A stretch of 48,278 nt of DNA from Eubacteriales bacterium (GTDB taxonomy: Bacteria > Bacillota > Clostridia > Oscillospirales > CAG-272): contig JAZRHS010000004.1 of NCBI GenBank assembly GCA_045644865.1, positions 1 to 48,278 of the forward strand. The letters are read 5' to 3'. A program made the translations under genes and the position numbers. Below, piece by piece: positions 9,777 through 20,723 of this stretch (positions are counted from its first letter, which is position 1; each line of letters begins with the position of its first letter). The notes below the pieces were generated by a model, which worked only from the letters and a program-made list of their open reading frames with translations, ran no database searches and was not told where the DNA came from.

Positions 9777-10395
9777 TATTGCGCTTCCCAAGGGCAGACT
9801 TGGGGAGAAGGTATATGAAATATTTGCGGCAACCGGTTATGAGTGTCCCTCAATACACGAGGAAAACAGGAAGCTTGTTTTTGAGAATAAGGAGGTCGGC
9901 ATCAGATACTTCTGGGTCAAGCCCTCTGATGTTGCCATTTATGTAGAGCGCGGCGCGGCTGATATAGGCATTGCGGGCAAGGACATTCTTCTTGAATATT
10001 CCCCCGATGTTTACGAGCTTTGCGACCTTGGAATAGGCAAATGTAGAATGGCGGTTGCGGCAAAGAAGGACTTCAGGGACGACCCTCAGAAAACCCTTCG
10101 CGTGGCTACAAAGTTTACCCACATAGCCAAGAGCTATTACGCGCAGAAAAGCCGAATGATAGATATTATAAAGCTTAACGGCTCAATAGAGCTTGCGCCT
10201 ATTCTTGGGCTTTCGGATGTTATAGTGGATATTGTTGAAACAGGTAAGACCCTGCTTGAAAACGACCTTGAGCCGAAGGAAGATATAGTCGAGATAAGCG
10301 CAAGACTTATTGCAAACAAGGCAAGCTACAAATTCAAAAATGAGCAGATAAGTGAGCTTTGTGAAAGAATTGAGGAGTACGGGGCAAATAAATGA
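9769..10395 (+). CDS. hisG: ATP phosphoribosyltransferase, short form
   Basis: MINIALPKGRLGEK... about 208 aa with no C-terminal regulatory domain. It overlaps the hisZ stop by 8 nt. Confidence 0.95.
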   Translation: MINIALPKGRLGEKVYEIFAATGYECPSIHEENRKLVFENKEVGIRYFWVKPSDVAIYVERGAADIGIAGKDILLEYSPDVYELCDLGIGKCRMAVAAKKDFRDDPQKTLRVATKFTHIAKSYYAQKSRMIDIIKLNGSIELAPILGLSDVIVDIVETGKTLLENDLEPKEDIVEISARLIANKASYKFKNEQISELCERIEEYGANK

Positions 10396-11672
10396 TAAAG
10401 ATATACAAATATAACGAAGTAAATGAGAAGGATATATTTCTTAGAGATATAAAGGGACTTGACACATCGGCGGTGGTTTCGGAGATAATCGCAGATGTTT
10501 CAGAGAACGGCGATGCCGCCCTTTACAAATATAGCGAAAAATTTGATAAGGCCCAGCTTTCCTCTCTTGAGGTAAGCGAGGAGGAGTTCGATGAGGCAAT
10601 GGCTCTTGTTGACGGTGAGTTTATTGATGTTATCCGCCGCGCGGCGGTGAATATCGAGGCCTTTCACCGTCATCAGGTGCGCAACAGCTTTGTTGTAAGT
10701 GAGGAGAATGGCGTAGTCAAGGGTCAGAAGGTAATGCCTATCGAAAAGGTAGGTCTTTATGTTCCCGGCGGCACGGCGGCGTATCCCTCGTCGGTGCTGA
10801 TGAATTGTGTTCCCGCAAAGATCGCGGGCTGCAGCGAGATAGTAATGGTAACTCCCCCCTCAAAGGACGGAAAGGTAAACCCTGTTATTCTTGCGGCGGC
10901 AAGGATTGCGGGAGTTGACAGAGTGTTTAAAATAGGCGGAGCTCAGGCGGTTGCCGCCCTTGCGTATGGAACAGAGAGCGTTCCTAAGGTCGACAAGATA
11001 GTTGGACCGGGTAACGCCTTTGTGGCAGAGGCAAAGAAGCAGGTGTTTGGCAGAGTTGCTATAGATATGATTGCAGGACCCAGCGAAATTCTTGTTATTG
11101 CAGACAAGACCTGCGACCCTCGGGTTGTAGCGGCAGATATGCTTTCACAGGCAGAGCACGACAAGCTTGCAAGCGCAGTGCTTGTTACCGACAGCGAGAA
11201 GCTTGCAGAAGAGGTGGCACTTGAGCTTGACAGACAGATAGCCCTTCTTCCCAGAGCCGAGATTGCAAAAACCTCTATTGATAATAACGGTAAAATTATT
11301 ATAACCAAGGATATAAACGAGGCGGTAGAAATTTCAAACCGACTTGCTCCCGAGCATCTTGAGGTGTGTGTTGATAATCCCTTTGATTATCTTGACGCTA
11401 TTAAGCACGCGGGCTCTATCTTCCTTGGAAAGAACTGTCCCGAGGCACTTGGCGACTACTTTGCAGGGCCTAACCACACCCTTCCCACAAGCGGAACGGC
11501 AAGATTTTCAAGCCCCTTGTCGGTAGACGATTTTGTAAAGAAGACACAGTTCACCTATTACACCGAGGCCGCGCTTCTTAAGGTGTGCGACGATGTTGCG
11601 TATTTTGCGGAAAAGGAAGGGCTTTCGGCTCACGCCAGAAGCGCTACTATAAGAAAAGACATAAAAAAGTAA
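10392..11672 (+). CDS. hisD: Histidinol dehydrogenase
   Basis: 426 aa with conserved ...SQAEHD... and GDYxAGPNHTLPT motifs. ATGA overlap with hisG. Confidence 0.97.
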   Translation: MIKIYKYNEVNEKDIFLRDIKGLDTSAVVSEIIADVSENGDAALYKYSEKFDKAQLSSLEVSEEEFDEAMALVDGEFIDVIRRAAVNIEAFHRHQVRNSFVVSEENGVVKGQKVMPIEKVGLYVPGGTAAYPSSVLMNCVPAKIAGCSEIVMVTPPSKDGKVNPVILAAARIAGVDRVFKIGGAQAVAALAYGTESVPKVDKIVGPGNAFVAEAKKQVFGRVAIDMIAGPSEILVIADKTCDPRVVAADMLSQAEHDKLASAVLVTDSEKLAEEVALELDRQIALLPRAEIAKTSIDNNGKIIITKDINEAVEISNRLAPEHLEVCVDNPFDYLDAIKHAGSIFLGKNCPEALGDYFAGPNHTLPTSGTARFSSPLSVDDFVKKTQFTYYTEAALLKVCDDVAYFAEKEGLSAHARSATIRKDIKK

Positions 11673-11681
11673 GAGGAAAAA

Positions 11682-12737
11682 ATGAGCAGATTTATCAATA
11701 CAAGGTACGGTGGACTTGAGGCGTACACACCGGGTGAGCAGCCCAAGGATATGAAATACATAAAGCTTAATACAAACGAGTCGCCCTTTCCGCCTTCTGA
11801 CGGCGTGCTTGGGGCGGTAAGTGAAAACGCCGACAAATTAAATCTTTATCCCGACCCCGAGTGCGCCGAGATTAAGGACGAGCTTGCAAGGCTCTACGGA
11901 GTAAAAAGGGAGAATGTTTATGTTTCCAACGGCTCTGACGATATTCTCAACTTCTTTTTCCTTGGTTTTTGCGACGGCGGCGTTGTTTTTCCCGATATAA
12001 CCTACGGGTTTTATAAGGTCTACGCCGAACTTTACGGAGTGGATTACAGAAAAATTCCGCTTAAAGAGGATTTCTCTGTTAACACAGAGGACTATATGGG
12101 AGTTGGTAAAAATGTAGTTATTGCAAACCCCAATGCTCCCACGGGACTTTCGCTTTCTACAGAAGAAATTGAAAGAATACTTGAGAGCAACAAGGAAAAA
12201 ATGGTGCTTGTTGACGAGGCGTATGTTGACTTTGGCGGTGAGAGCTGTGTGCCGCTTACAGGGAAGTATAAAAATCTTCTTGTGGTGGGAACATTCTCAA
12301 AATCCCGTTCAATGGCGGGAGCAAGGCTTGGCTTTGCCATTGCCGACAGGGAGATAATAGAGGACCTTGAAAAGATAAAGTATTCCACAAATCCTTATTG
12401 TATCAATCGCCTTACCCTTGCGGCGGGCGTTGCGGCGCTTAAGGATAATGATTACTATATGAATAACTGCGGGCTTATTGTAAAGGCTCGTGAATATACC
12501 GCCCGCGCCCTTTCTGAAATGGGTTTCCTTGTGCTTGACTCAAAGGCAAACTTCATTTTTGCCCAAAGTGGTGAGATTGGCGGTAAGGAGCTTTACGAAA
12601 GGCTTAAGGCAAAGGGAATACTCGTAAGATATTTCGGAAGCGACAGAATAAGCAATTTTGTAAGAATAACCATAGGCACTATGGAGCAGATGCAGGCACT
12701 TGTAAAGGCTATAGGCGATATTCTTAAAGGAGAATAA
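11682..12737 (+). CDS. hisC: Histidinol-phosphate aminotransferase
   Basis: 351-aa class II aminotransferase with PLP Lys in GTFSKSRSMAG. Operon context supports the call. Confidence 0.95.
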   Translation: MSRFINTRYGGLEAYTPGEQPKDMKYIKLNTNESPFPPSDGVLGAVSENADKLNLYPDPECAEIKDELARLYGVKRENVYVSNGSDDILNFFFLGFCDGGVVFPDITYGFYKVYAELYGVDYRKIPLKEDFSVNTEDYMGVGKNVVIANPNAPTGLSLSTEEIERILESNKEKMVLVDEAYVDFGGESCVPLTGKYKNLLVVGTFSKSRSMAGARLGFAIADREIIEDLEKIKYSTNPYCINRLTLAAGVAALKDNDYYMNNCGLIVKAREYTARALSEMGFLVLDSKANFIFAQSGEIGGKELYERLKAKGILVRYFGSDRISNFVRITIGTMEQMQALVKAIGDILKGE

Positions 12738-12738
12738 A

Positions 12739-13329
12739 ATGAGAAACTTCGAGATAAACAGAAAAACGGCAGAAACCAATATTTCGCTTTCTTTGGAGCT
12801 TGACGGCACAGGAAAAAGCGATATTTCCACAGGCTGCGGCTTTCTTGACCATATGCTTACGCTTTTTGCGCACCACGGCAGATTTGACCTCACGGTAAAA
12901 TGCGTGGGAGATGTTGAGGTGGACTATCACCACAGTGCCGAGGATATAGGAATTTGTCTTGGCGATGCCTTTAAGGGCGCTCTTGGGGACGGAAAGGGAA
13001 TAGTGCGCTATGGCGATATGCTCCTTCCTATGGACGAGGCTCTCATTATGAGCGCGGTTGATATTTCGGGCAGAAGCTATCTTGGCTACGGACTTGAAAT
13101 TCCCACACAGAAGGTGGGCGATTTTGACACCGAGCTTGTTGAGGAGTTTTTTGTGGCATTTGTAAGACGGGCGGGAGTCTGCCTGCACATAAGACAGCTT
13201 GACGGCAGAAATTCGCACCACATTATAGAGGGTGCTTTCAAGAGCGTTGCCCGTTCTCTTGCAAAGGCAGTTGCTGTTGACCCAAGATTTGCCAATGAGG
13301 TGTCCTCAACAAAAGGAGTGCTTGTATGA
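12739..13329 (+). CDS. hisB: Imidazoleglycerol-phosphate dehydratase
   Basis: 196 aa, RKTAETNISLSLELDGTG... with HH motifs. It is monofunctional, with no phosphatase domain. Confidence 0.97.
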   Translation: MRNFEINRKTAETNISLSLELDGTGKSDISTGCGFLDHMLTLFAHHGRFDLTVKCVGDVEVDYHHSAEDIGICLGDAFKGALGDGKGIVRYGDMLLPMDEALIMSAVDISGRSYLGYGLEIPTQKVGDFDTELVEEFFVAFVRRAGVCLHIRQLDGRNSHHIIEGAFKSVARSLAKAVAVDPRFANEVSSTKGVLV

Positions 13330-13943
13330 TAGCAGTCGTTGATTACGGCGTTGGAAATCTCTTTTCGCTTAAAAGCTCGCTTGCCGCAATCGGAGCAGAG
13401 TGTGTTGTAAGCGGAGATGCAGAGGTTATAAAAAAGGCTGATAAGATATTACTTCCCGGTGTAGGCGCGTTTGAGGACGCGGCAAACAAGCTTCGTGCTT
13501 CGGGACTTGACACGGTTATATGCGACGAGGCTAAAAGGGGCAAGCCCGTACTTGGTATATGCCTTGGTATGCAGATGCTTTTTGAAAAGAGCCTTGAATA
13601 CGGAGAGCATAAGGGTCTTGGGCTTATTAAGGGCGAGGTTCGCCCTATAGCCGAGGTTATCGGAGAGGGGCTTAAAATTCCCCATATCGGTTGGAACGCC
13701 CTCAATTTTCCCCAAAACAAAGAAAAAAATGAGCTTTTCAAATATCTGAATGAGGGCGATTTTGTCTACTTTGTTCATTCGTATTACGGGGCAAATTGCG
13801 AGGAGTCGGTAATTGCCACCTCGGAATACGGCGCTCCATTGACGGCTGCGGTTGCCTTTGGCAATGTGTTCGGCTGTCAGTTCCACCCCGAAAAGAGCGG
13901 TGAGGTGGGACTTAAAATTCTTAAAGCTTTTTGTGAAATGTGA
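13326..13943 (+). CDS. hisH: Imidazole glycerol phosphate synthase, glutamine amidotransferase subunit
   Basis: 205 aa with triad context GICLGMQ and FHPEKSG. ATGA overlap with hisB. Confidence 0.97.
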   Translation: MIAVVDYGVGNLFSLKSSLAAIGAECVVSGDAEVIKKADKILLPGVGAFEDAANKLRASGLDTVICDEAKRGKPVLGICLGMQMLFEKSLEYGEHKGLGLIKGEVRPIAEVIGEGLKIPHIGWNALNFPQNKEKNELFKYLNEGDFVYFVHSYYGANCEESVIATSEYGAPLTAAVAFGNVFGCQFHPEKSGEVGLKILKAFCEM

Positions 13944-13956
13944 AAAGGATACAGAA

Positions 13957-14679
13957 ATGAAAATTTTTCCTGCAATAGACCTGCTTGACGGAAAGGCTGT
14001 CAGGCTTAAAAAGGGTGATTATAACGAGGTTACGGTGTATAGCGACTGCCCCCCGAAAATGGCTGAAGGCTTTAAGGCGGCAGGGGCTGAATGGATACAT
14101 GTGGTAGACCTTGACGGCGCTCGGGACGGAAGCACCGCAAATTTTGATACGGTGGCTAAAATTGCCGAGGTCGGACTTAAGGTTGAAATAGGCGGCGGTA
14201 TCAGAAGCATCGAAACCGTGGAAAGATACATAAAGGCGGGTGTTTCCCGCGTTATTATCGGAACTGCGGCGGTGTCTGACCCCGAATTTCTCGGCGAGGC
14301 ATTGAGAAGGTTTGGTGAAAAGATTGCCGTCGGTGTGGATATTAAGGACAAAATGGTAGCTATCAAGGGTTGGAAGGAGATTTCCTCACTTGAATGCTTT
14401 GAGTTCTGTGAAAGGCTTCAGAGCCTTGGTGTTTCAACTATCATCTGCACCGATATTTCAAAGGACGGAATGCTTTCGGGAACAAACACCGAGCTTTACC
14501 GCGCGCTTTCGGAAAAATTCACAATGAATTTCATCGCATCGGGCGGCGTTTCTACCATTGACGATATAAAAGCGCTTTCCTTGATGGGAATGTACGGTGC
14601 TATAGTGGGAAAAGCCATCTATACAGGCAATATCGACCTTGCGGAGGCAATAGCGGAGGCAAAGCAAAATGGTAACTAA
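13957..14679 (+). CDS. hisA: ProFAR isomerase
   Basis: MKIFPAIDLLDGKAVRLKKGDY... The track ORF (start 13852) carries a spurious 35-aa extension overlapping hisH. Confidence 0.96.
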   Translation: MKIFPAIDLLDGKAVRLKKGDYNEVTVYSDCPPKMAEGFKAAGAEWIHVVDLDGARDGSTANFDTVAKIAEVGLKVEIGGGIRSIETVERYIKAGVSRVIIGTAAVSDPEFLGEALRRFGEKIAVGVDIKDKMVAIKGWKEISSLECFEFCERLQSLGVSTIICTDISKDGMLSGTNTELYRALSEKFTMNFIASGGVSTIDDIKALSLMGMYGAIVGKAIYTGNIDLAEAIAEAKQNGN

Positions 14680-15427
14680 AAGAATAATACCCTGCCTTGA
14701 TGTTAAGGACGGCAGAGTGGTAAAGGGAACAAACTTTATGGGGCTTGTGGATGTGTCCTCGCCTGTAAAGCTTGCGGAATATTACAGCCGGAACGGTGCT
14801 GACGAGCTTGTGTTTTACGATATAACGGCTTCAAGCGATGGCAGAAAGCTCTTTACCGACATACTTACCGAGGTGGCAAGCAAGATATTCATTCCGCTTA
14901 CGGTTGGCGGCGGAATCAACAGTGTTGAGGATTTTGACCGAGTGCTTAAGTGCGGCGCAGATAAGGTCAGTGTAAACTCGGGTGCTATCAGAAATCCGGG
15001 GCTTATTGAGGAAGCCGCAAAGCGCTATGGCGACCAATGCGTGGTGCTTTCGGTGGATGTTAAGCGTGTTGACCGAGTTTTCCGCGTTTTCGCCAAGGGC
15101 GGACGGGAAAATACGGGAATGGAAGCTCTTGAATGGATAAAGCATTGTGTGGATAACGGCGCAGGAGAGATAGTTGTTAACAGTATAGATACCGACGGTG
15201 TCAAGCAGGGCTTTGACCTTGAGATGCTTGACGCGGTATGCAATATTGTAGATGTTCCTGTTATCGCATCGGGCGGTGCGGGCAGTATGCAGGACTTTGT
15301 AACCCTGTTTAACAGCGTTAAGGGGGTTGACGCGGGACTTGCGGCTTCTATATTCCATTATTCAGAGGTGGAGATACCCGCGCTTAAAAAATATCTTGTT
15401 GAGAACAACATAAATATGAGAATATGA
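14669..15427 (+). CDS. hisF: Imidazole glycerol phosphate synthase, cyclase subunit
   Basis: 252 aa, [17 protein letters not shown]... canonical HisF. Confidence 0.97.
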   Translation: MVTKRIIPCLDVKDGRVVKGTNFMGLVDVSSPVKLAEYYSRNGADELVFYDITASSDGRKLFTDILTEVASKIFIPLTVGGGINSVEDFDRVLKCGADKVSVNSGAIRNPGLIEEAAKRYGDQCVVLSVDVKRVDRVFRVFAKGGRENTGMEALEWIKHCVDNGAGEIVVNSIDTDGVKQGFDLEMLDAVCNIVDVPVIASGGAGSMQDFVTLFNSVKGVDAGLAASIFHYSEVEIPALKKYLVENNINMRI

Positions 15428-16086
15428 GGGAAAAGAAAATGTTCGACATAGAAACACTTAAATTTGACGAAAAGGGGCTTATTCCCGCTATCGTTGTAGA
15501 CGCAAAAACAGGCAAGGTGCTTACACTTGCCTATATGAACAGAGAAAGCCTTAAAATCAGTATGGAAGAGGGAAAGACCTGCTTCTGGTCGCGTTCTCGT
15601 CAGGAGCTTTGGCGCAAGGGCGAAACCTCGGGCAATTATCAGCATATCGTGAAGATAACCGCCGATTGCGACCGCGACGCTCTTACCGTGCTTGTGGAGA
15701 AGGATGGCCCCGCTTGCCACACAGGCGCGGATTCCTGCTTTAACGAGGAGATATATCACAGCGACCTTGGAGAGTTTTCTCTTGGCGGTCTTATGAGCCT
15801 TATCGAGGGCAGAAAAAGCGATAAAAAGGAAGGCTCTTATACCACCTATCTGTTTGAAAAGGGAATTGACAAAATTCTCAAGAAGGTGGGCGAGGAGGCT
15901 ACCGAGGTAATTATCGCAGGTAAGGCAGATGACAAGGCAGAAACTGTATATGAAATATCCGACCTTGCGTATCACATTATGGTGCTTATGGTACAGATGG
16001 GTATAAGCCTTGAGGATATCAGAGCCGAGCTTGCCTCAAGACACATAATAGACCACAAGGTCAAGCAGGAGAAGATGACAAAATGA
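15424..16086 (+). CDS. hisI: Bifunctional phosphoribosyl-AMP cyclohydrolase / phosphoribosyl-ATP pyrophosphatase
   Basis: HisI domain ([16 protein letters not shown]) fused to a HisE domain. The ATG at 15424 makes an ATGA overlap with hisF. An alternative start is the ATG at 15439 behind GAGGG. Confidence 0.94.
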   Translation: MREKKMFDIETLKFDEKGLIPAIVVDAKTGKVLTLAYMNRESLKISMEEGKTCFWSRSRQELWRKGETSGNYQHIVKITADCDRDALTVLVEKDGPACHTGADSCFNEEIYHSDLGEFSLGGLMSLIEGRKSDKKEGSYTTYLFEKGIDKILKKVGEEATEVIIAGKADDKAETVYEISDLAYHIMVLMVQMGISLEDIRAELASRHIIDHKVKQEKMTK

Positions 16087-16892
16087 TTCCCTTTAATTAT
16101 CATTGCCACGCCCAATTCAGCGACGGAAAAAGCACCGCTGAGGAAATGGTAAGGGCGGCGATAGCGGCAGGGTGCGACAGCTTTGGTCTGTCGGAGCATT
16201 ATGTGAGCCAGAAGGGCTCGTCCTATAGCTTGAAGCCCGACAACGAGGAGCGCTATATTTCGGAAATAAACCGTCTTAAGGAGAAGTACAAGGACGAAAT
16301 AGACCTTTTCCTTGGTGTTGAGAGCGACTATACCTCGCCTGTAGCAAAGGGCTATGATTATGTAATCGGTTCGGTGCATTTTTTTGTGATTGACGGCGAT
16401 TACATTGATGTTGACCATACAGCGGAGAAGCAGTTAGATGCCGCGAACAAGTATTTTGGCGGCGACCTTATTGAGCTTGCCGCAAATTACTATGAATATA
16501 TGGGCAAAATGGCTGATAAATTCAAGTTTGATATTGTTGGACACTTTGACCTTGTTACCAAGTTCAACGAGGGCGGAAGGCTTTTTGACGAGAGCGACAA
16601 GCGATACATAAGGACGGCTGAAAACGCTCTTGAAAGGCTTGTGCCCACAGGTGCGGCGTTTGAGATAAATACAGGCGCAATATCCCGCGGATACCGTACA
16701 GAGCCTTATCCAAACGATTATTTCCTTAATGTAATAAGAGAAATGGGCGGAAGAGTAACATTTTCAAGCGATGCTCACGATGCCCGCTATGTTACTCTTG
16801 GATTTGAGGACGCTGTGGAAAAGGCAAAGAGAGCGGGATTTAAGTCGTTCAGAAAGCTTACAAAAAAAGGCTGGACAGACGCGGAATTATGA
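16083..16892 (+). CDS. hisK: Histidinol-phosphatase, PHP family (HisJ/HisK type)
   Basis: 269 aa with PHP-domain N-terminus [11 protein letters not shown] and a later GSVH motif. ATGA overlap with hisIE. It is the last his cistron. Confidence 0.85.
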   Translation: MIPFNYHCHAQFSDGKSTAEEMVRAAIAAGCDSFGLSEHYVSQKGSSYSLKPDNEERYISEINRLKEKYKDEIDLFLGVESDYTSPVAKGYDYVIGSVHFFVIDGDYIDVDHTAEKQLDAANKYFGGDLIELAANYYEYMGKMADKFKFDIVGHFDLVTKFNEGGRLFDESDKRYIRTAENALERLVPTGAAFEINTGAISRGYRTEPYPNDYFLNVIREMGGRVTFSSDAHDARYVTLGFEDAVEKAKRAGFKSFRKLTKKGWTDAEL

Positions 16893-16910
16893 TAAAAAAT
16901 ACTAAATCTA

Positions 16911-16939
16911 TTGAAATTTCGGATAGATTGATGTATAAT
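16911..16939 (+). promoter_or_regulatory. SigA-type promoter of the ACT/UPF0210 pair
   Basis: TTGAAA (16911-16916), 17 nt, TATAAT (16934-16939). Confidence 0.6.
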
Positions 16940-16967
16940 AGAGTTACTAATTTTTCGGAGGACATAA

Positions 16968-17237
16968 ATGAAAGCAGTTGTAACAGTAACGGGTAAGGAT
17001 ACCGTTGGAATTATCGCCGCTGTCAGCGCTGAGTGCGCTAAATTCGGCGGAAACATCGTTGAAATAAGCCAGAGCGTGCTTCACGAATATTTTGCGATGA
17101 TAATGCTTGTTGACATAAAGGAGCTTGGCGTTCCCTTTGCCGAGTTTGCCGAGGCTCTCGGTGAGCTTGGAAAGAGTAAGAACCTTGATATCCGCGCTAT
17201 GCACGAGGATATCTTCAACTCAATGCACAGAATATAA
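16968..17237 (+). CDS. ACT domain-containing protein (UPF0237 type)
   Basis: 89 aa, MKAVVTVTGKDTVGIIAAVS... single ACT fold. It is in the conserved pairing with the following UPF0210 gene. Confidence 0.85.
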   Translation: MKAVVTVTGKDTVGIIAAVSAECAKFGGNIVEISQSVLHEYFAMIMLVDIKELGVPFAEFAEALGELGKSKNLDIRAMHEDIFNSMHRI

Positions 17238-17251
17238 GGTGAGGGAAGAAA

Positions 17252-18610
17252 ATGCTTAATACATCTGATATTCTTGAAACGATTCATATGATAAGCGAGG
17301 AGAACCTTGATGTAAGAACGGTTACAATGGGTATCTCCCTCCTTGATTGCGTAAGCGATGATATTTCAAGACTTGAAACAAAAATATATGACAAAATAAC
17401 AAAGAAGGCGGAAAAGCTTGTCAGCGTTTGTCAGGATATGGAGAAGAGCTATGGCGTGCCGATAATCAATAAGCGCGTGTCGGTTACTCCCATATCAATG
17501 ATAGGCGGCGCGGCATCTCCGGAGGAGTATGTTCGCTTGGCTCATACCCTTCAGAGGGCGGCTGATACCCTTGGCATTAACTTTATCGGCGGATATTCGG
17601 CACTTGTTCAGAAGGGAATGACCATAGGAGCTAAAAACCTTATTGAGTCTATACCCGAGGCGCTTGCTACCACCTCGTGCGTTTGTTCGTCGGTAAATGT
17701 GGCAACCACCAAGGCGGGCATAAATATGGACGCGGTAAAGCTTATGGGCGAGGTCATCAAGAAGACGGCTTACCTTACAAAGGATAACGACTCTATAGGC
17801 TGCGCAAAGCTTGTTGTCTTTGCCAATGTTCCCGAGGACAACCCCTTTATGGCGGGTGCGCTCCACGGTGTTGGCGAGCCTGATACAGTTATAAATGTGG
17901 GTGTTTCGGGTCCCGGTGTTGTGGCTTGTGCCGTAAAGAAGGCGGGCGATTGCGACTTTGGTACTCTTGCAGAAACAATTAAAAAGATTGCCTTCAAGAT
18001 TACCCGTGTAGGTCAGCTTGTGGCTTACGAGGCGTCAAGAAGGCTTGACACCCCTTATGGAATAGTAGACCTTTCGCTTGCTCCCACACCTGCACAGGGA
18101 GATAGCGTGGCTCATATACTTGAAAATATGGGACTTGAGTGCTGCGGTACTCACGGAACTACCGCCGCGCTTGCTATGCTTAACGATGCGGTTAAGAAGG
18201 GCGGCGTAATGGCGTCCTCTCATGTGGGAGGTCTTTCGGGCGCGTTTATTCCTGTTTCCGAGGACGCGGGAATGATACACGCCGTAGAGTGCGGCTCGCT
18301 GTCCCTTGAAAAGCTTGAGGCTATGACGGCAGTCTGCTCGGTAGGTCTTGATATGTTTGCCGTTCCCGGCGACACTCCCGCATCTACCCTTAGTGCGATA
18401 ATTGCCGACGAGATTGCTATCGGCGTGGTGAATAACAAGACCACCGCCGTTCGTGTAATTCCCGTACACGGCAAGGGCGTAGGTGAGTCTGTTGAATTTG
18501 GCGGGCTTCTTGGATACGCGCCTATTATGAAGCTTAACGGATATTCCTCGGAGCAGTTTATTGCCCGCGGCGGAAGAATCCCCGCACCTATCCACAGCCT
18601 TAAGAATTAA
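17252..18610 (+). CDS. UPF0210 / DUF711 (PFL_4669-like) protein
   Basis: 452 aa with N-terminus ...[27 protein letters not shown] typical of UPF0210. It starts 15 nt after the ACT gene. Confidence 0.85.
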   Translation: MLNTSDILETIHMISEENLDVRTVTMGISLLDCVSDDISRLETKIYDKITKKAEKLVSVCQDMEKSYGVPIINKRVSVTPISMIGGAASPEEYVRLAHTLQRAADTLGINFIGGYSALVQKGMTIGAKNLIESIPEALATTSCVCSSVNVATTKAGINMDAVKLMGEVIKKTAYLTKDNDSIGCAKLVVFANVPEDNPFMAGALHGVGEPDTVINVGVSGPGVVACAVKKAGDCDFGTLAETIKKIAFKITRVGQLVAYEASRRLDTPYGIVDLSLAPTPAQGDSVAHILENMGLECCGTHGTTAALAMLNDAVKKGGVMASSHVGGLSGAFIPVSEDAGMIHAVECGSLSLEKLEAMTAVCSVGLDMFAVPGDTPASTLSAIIADEIAIGVVNNKTTAVRVIPVHGKGVGESVEFGGLLGYAPIMKLNGYSSEQFIARGGRIPAPIHSLKN

Positions 18611-18614
18611 AAAT

Positions 18615-18645
18615 AAGGACTGCACTTCTTGAGTGCAGTCCTTTT
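18615..18645. terminator. Bidirectional intrinsic terminator between convergent UPF0210 and pgsA
   Basis: 12-bp stem AAGGACTGCACT/AGTGCAGTCCTT, with an A-run before it and a T-run after it. Confidence 0.8.
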
Positions 18646-18650
18646 AGCTT

Positions 18651-19232
18651 TTATTTTTGGGGGTCAAGATATTTCCAATAGGAAACGATGTAGTTTATTC
18701 CCGACCAAAGGGTGAAGATTATCATAAGCGCGGTTGTAAGATAGGTGAGGGGAAGATATACAAGCAGCCTGTCAAGACCTGCCGCTCCGTAAATAAGAGG
18801 CTCAATAATAACCGAGCAAATGCAAACTATCTGTGTAACCGTCTTTATCTTTCCAAGCCAGTTTGCCGCGATAACAACTCCGCTTGAGCTTGAAGCAACA
18901 AGGCGGATAGAGGTAACGGCAAGCTCACGGAAGATAACGATTATCACCGCCCAGATGAACACAGGACGGATAGTTTCGTACTTGTAAAGAATTACAAGCA
19001 GAGCGCCGATAACCATAAACTTGTCGGCAAGGGGGTCGATAAACTTTCCGAAATCGGTTATAAGGTTGTACTTGCGAGCTATCTTTCCGTCAAGCATATC
19101 GGTAAGCGAAGCGATAATAAAGAGCGCAACGCCGATAATGCTTCCCCAAGGGTCGCCTACAAGCATCATAACAATTACAAAAACAGGAACTAATATCATT
19201 CGGATAACCGAAAGCTTATTTGGTAAATTCAT
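18651..19232 (-). CDS. pgsA: CDP-diacylglycerol--glycerol-3-phosphate 3-phosphatidyltransferase
   Basis: 193 aa with the CDP-alcohol phosphatidyltransferase motif DMLDGKIARKYNLITDFGKFIDPLADK. Confidence 0.93.
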   Translation of the reverse strand: MNLPNKLSVIRMILVPVFVIVMMLVGDPWGSIIGVALFIIASLTDMLDGKIARKYNLITDFGKFIDPLADKFMVIGALLVILYKYETIRPVFIWAVIIVIFRELAVTSIRLVASSSSGVVIAANWLGKIKTVTQIVCICSVIIEPLIYGAAGLDRLLVYLPLTYLTTALMIIFTLWSGINYIVSYWKYLDPQK

Positions 19233-19256
19233 AAGATTATGTCCTTTTAGCCTTTC

Positions 19257-20609
19257 TTATTTTGTCTTGGGGGTAACTGCAACGCCGTAAAGGTCGTAGT
19301 CCACTACCTCGCGCACCTTGACCTCAAGGAATGATCCGGGGGCTATGCGGATGTCGCTCTTGAAGTAGACCTTGCCGTCTATTTCGGGGGCATCGTTTGC
19401 GCTTCTTCCGAAATGCACCTCGCTGACGGGGTCAAAATCCTCGCAAAGCACGGTGATGACCTTGCCTATCATTTTTTTGTTGTTGTCCTCGTTTATTTCA
19501 AGCTGCTCGCGCATCAGAATATCCTGACGGTCCAATTTTACTTGCTCGTCTATCTGATTTTCGAAATCATACGCGGGGGTGTCTTCTTCTCTTGAGTAGG
19601 TGAATACGCCAACACGCTCAAATCTTGCTTCCTTTACAAACTCGCAAAGCTCGGTAAAGTCTTCTTCAGTTTCACCGGGGAAGCCCACGATAAATGTGGT
19701 TCTTATCATAATGTCGGGAATCTCGCGGCGAAGCTTTGCCACAACCTCTTTGATCATAGCACTGTCGCCGTGGCGGTTCATCGCCTTTAACATATTGTCG
19801 GAGATATGCTGAATGGGAAGGTCGATATATTTAAGAACACGGGGATTGTCGCGTATTTCGGTAATAAGCTCGTCGGTTATCTTGTCGGGATAGCAGTAGA
19901 GAAGTCTTGTCCAAGGAATAGCCGTTTCCTCGGTGATCCTTCTCAAAAGCTTTGCAAGGCTGTACTCGCCGTAGATGTCAAGTCCGTAGCGGGTAATATC
20001 CTGTGCTACAACATTAAGCTCCTTTACGCCAAGAGCCTCAAGCTGCTTTGCTTCTTTTATAATATCGTCCATTTCGCGGCTGCGGAAGCGTCCGCGGATA
20101 CCGGGGATAGCGCAGTAGGCGCACTTGTTGTCGCAGCCCTCGGCAATTTTTATGTAAGCCGAATAATCGGGAGTGGTAAGCACTCTGTCGCCGCCAAGCT
20201 TAACCTCGTCATTTTTGAGATATGAGGAGTATTTTCTTTTTGACCCCTTCTTCTTTTTTGTGGTTACCGCCTCAACCGCCTCAACAATGTTGTGAATACT
20301 TCCCACGCCGAGAATAGCGTCTACCTCGGGCATTTCTTCAAATATCTGGTCGCGGTAACGCTCGGCAAGACAGCCTGTTACAACAATAGCCTTGAGTGTG
20401 TGGTGCTTCTTAAGCCACGCGATGTCAAGAATGTTGTCTATAGCCTCTTGCTTTGCGCTTTCTATAAAAGCGCAGGTGTTTATTATAACTACATCTGCCT
20501 CGGTTTCCTCGGGGGTGATCTCATAGCCCGCCGCCACCAGCTCGTGGAGCATAACCTCTGTGTCAAGCTGATTTTTAGGGCAACCAAGCGAAACAAATCC
20601 AATTTTCAT
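19257..20609 (-). CDS. rimO: Ribosomal protein S12 methylthiotransferase
   Basis: MKIGFVSLGCPKNQLDTE..., radical SAM CxxxCxxC (CDNKCAYC) and a C-terminal TRAM domain. I set the start to the ATG at 20609 (the track extension has no SD). Confidence 0.92.
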   Translation of the reverse strand: MKIGFVSLGCPKNQLDTEVMLHELVAAGYEITPEETEADVVIINTCAFIESAKQEAIDNILDIAWLKKHHTLKAIVVTGCLAERYRDQIFEEMPEVDAILGVGSIHNIVEAVEAVTTKKKKGSKRKYSSYLKNDEVKLGGDRVLTTPDYSAYIKIAEGCDNKCAYCAIPGIRGRFRSREMDDIIKEAKQLEALGVKELNVVAQDITRYGLDIYGEYSLAKLLRRITEETAIPWTRLLYCYPDKITDELITEIRDNPRVLKYIDLPIQHISDNMLKAMNRHGDSAMIKEVVAKLRREIPDIMIRTTFIVGFPGETEEDFTELCEFVKEARFERVGVFTYSREEDTPAYDFENQIDEQVKLDRQDILMREQLEINEDNNKKMIGKVITVLCEDFDPVSEVHFGRSANDAPEIDGKVYFKSDIRIAPGSFLEVKVREVVDYDLYGVAVTPKTK

Positions 20610-20642
20610 TCGCCTTGTCCTTTCAAATTTATTACCAGTATA

Positions 20643-20671
20643 ATGATACCACAAATAACCGTTAAAGTCAA
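20643..20671 (-). promoter_or_regulatory. SigA-type promoter of rimO-pgsA
   Basis: On the minus strand: TTGACT, 17 nt, TGgTATCAT. Confidence 0.6.
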
Positions 20672-20723
20672 CCGATTTTGCCGACCAAAAAGTGAAAAAT
20701 CTGAAAAATTAACTTTATATTTA

